Source: Haliotis rufescens
Taxonomy: Eukaryota
DNA: 64,000 bases
Reading direction: 5' to 3'
NCBI RefSeq assembly: GCF_023055435.1
Contig: NW_025963890.1
Span: forward strand, 62,682,001-62,746,000
Positions within the stretch are counted from its first letter, which is position 1, and the number at the start of each line of letters is the position of its first letter. The translations under genes were made by a program, and so were the position numbers. Under the pieces are notes generated by a model. That model searched no databases and was not told the DNA's origin. It was given only the letters and a program-made list of their open reading frames with translations. Positions 62,177-64,000 of the stretch are shown one piece after another.

Positions 62177-62720
62177 CTGAACTGAACTGAACTTTATTTA
62201 CAATGAGGCCGCTATCAGAGGTACAAAATTATTTCAACAACATAATACATATACATATAAATATTGAATATATACAAAAACATCTTGGCCGAGCATGCAT
62301 GCATATTTATACAGATTTACTATGGTAGCAATATATGTGCAATTCAGAAAGAGGGAGAGTTACTTGATAGGTTTAAACAATGACATGATGATTTTACAGA
62401 ATTTTGACAGTTTTCTCGATGTTCCTAGTTGTGAATTATTGAAAAGTAAAATCATTTTATGCATATTGGGTTTAATGTAGTAGAATCTGTGTAAAAAATG
62501 TTATCTTTCGTTTTCTAAAGATGGACAAATAAACAAATAATGGAATTCATCACCTATGTCAGATAATTTGCAAAGGTGGCATTTCCTTTCGGTTGAAGGT
62601 ATTTTTCTCCATCTCCATCTCAGTTTCAATAGGTAGATTATGATTACAAGTTCTAAACTTAAGTAAGACGCGCCAAGAGTTTTCCTGAAGTACGTCTAAA
62701 CACACCCTTTGATGATGCGA
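62177..62720 (-). mobile_element. LINE 3' end (CR1/L2-group-type C-terminal Cys motif)
   Basis: KFRTCNHNLPIET / ERKCHLCKLSDIGDEFHYLFICP across a frameshift; ends in aataaa-(gttca)n. Confidence 0.75.
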
Positions 62721-63246
62721 AAAATATAAACTAACACTCTTAATCCCTTTAATCCGAAAACCACATGGGAAAATATACTTCATTGTAAAAACAAAGCAAA
62801 TCCCATGAGAAGGTCTGTATCAAATCCGAATGCTTCGTTTGGGGATCAGCCAAATATCGTTAATACGAAACATTCACACCTTATCCCCCTTCTCCGTCTC
62901 CCATCCAGACGTCTGTACCCCCCGGCACAGGTATATGTTTAATTAGGGGAGATGTAATGATCCTATCACCTGCTCAACGTGACGAAGGGATTACATCGAG
63001 CGTGTTGTAAATACCTTATAGAACCACTCTCAGCATCAGTTAATGCCAAGTCGGGGGACTTAATATACCTGGTGTTACCGTGTTTATTCTGGACAAGAAA
63101 ATGAAACAATAAAACGAAATTGAGCAGTGAAAAGCCTGGATGTAGGTCTCATAAGTGGCTTTCACATTTCATGCCAAATATTATTATTTATTAATATTAT
63201 TTTTATTGTTATAAAGTTATAAAATTAATAAGAATATTAAGAATAA

Positions 63247-63950
63247 GGCTTTCTGTTTGCTGCTCAGGACCAGTCACTTCCCACTCGAAACCGTCAATGT
63301 GTGATTTTGCATGAAATGTAAATATGAAATGTAGATTATGTAATGAATTTAGTAAAACTGTCCAACACATTGTCAGCGGATGCCCAGCTTTAGCACAGAC
63401 ACAGTATCTTAAGCGACATGATGGAATGGCTCGATCATTTTATTACCGACTTCGCAATGCTTGTGGTTTTGACACAGATGTCCATCCAAGGTATGACCCG
63501 GAAAATGTAGAGGGCGTCATGGAAAATGATATATACAGAATTCTTTAGGAAAGGCCTGTTTACAGCCTCAGATGTATCCAGGCCAAAAAAACTGATCTTG
63601 CCCTTTTAGATAAATCCAATGAAATCATTTATATCATTGAATTTTCTGTCCATTTTGACACTAATGTGATTGACAAGATTGAGGAAAAGCCTTTTTCATC
63701 CCAAGTACCAATTAGTCCGACTCCCCATTGTTCTTGGTGCCTTAGGTTTGGTACCTCCCAATCTGTTGACTGACATTGGGAGAGTACCCGGGTTTGCTAC
63801 TAGGAATAAAGCCCTTCTGATAATCTGGGTGGTGCAGAAGGCTGCAGTGTTGGGGAGTCTTCACATTCTCCGAAAACTTCTGGGTGGGTTTGACTAGGCA
63901 GCGCTTCCTTGGAGAAGTCCCATTCGCTGTCTGGGCTGCGTGTAGAGGGC
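63247..63950 (+). mobile_element. R4/Dong-like non-LTR retrotransposon relic (CCHC knuckle + RLE), frameshifted
   Basis: GFLFAAQDQSL, CRLC...HIVSGCPALAQTQYLKRHD, QKAAVLGSLHILRKLL; near-identical to 4415-4760 where they overlap. Confidence 0.85.
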
Positions 63951-64000
63951 GGCTGAGTCGACTATGCTTGTCGTAAGACGCGACTAACGGGATCGGGTGG

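Overview
This is AT-rich, repeat-dense animal genomic DNA from a draft assembly with four N gaps. The repeat families and gene type suggest a gastropod mollusc such as abalone, but that is inference only. The core (about 20.8-53.6 kb) is a head-to-tail, minus-strand tandem array of intronless arylsulfatase B/I/J-like (S1 formylglycine) genes. It holds six intact 483-aa ORFs with signal peptides (ARS1-ARS6, left to right), one 3'-only remnant and two 5'-only remnants that share a breakpoint. The paralogs are almost identical except in short blocks flanking the catalytic residues, and those blocks group the copies in mutually incompatible ways, consistent with patchwork conversion or unequal crossover. 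Spacers and flanks carry at least five short retroposon families (A-E) with a common 3' tail, relics of R4/Dong-like, CR1/L2-group, Penelope-like and Tc1-like elements, a TA-flanked MITE, and micro/minisatellites. The best candidates for something new are (i) the cassette-like diversification of the sulfatase active-site loops and (ii) a pseudoknot-shaped RNA motif at the 5' end of the tRNA-less retroposon family C. No other host gene can be supported from the sequence.
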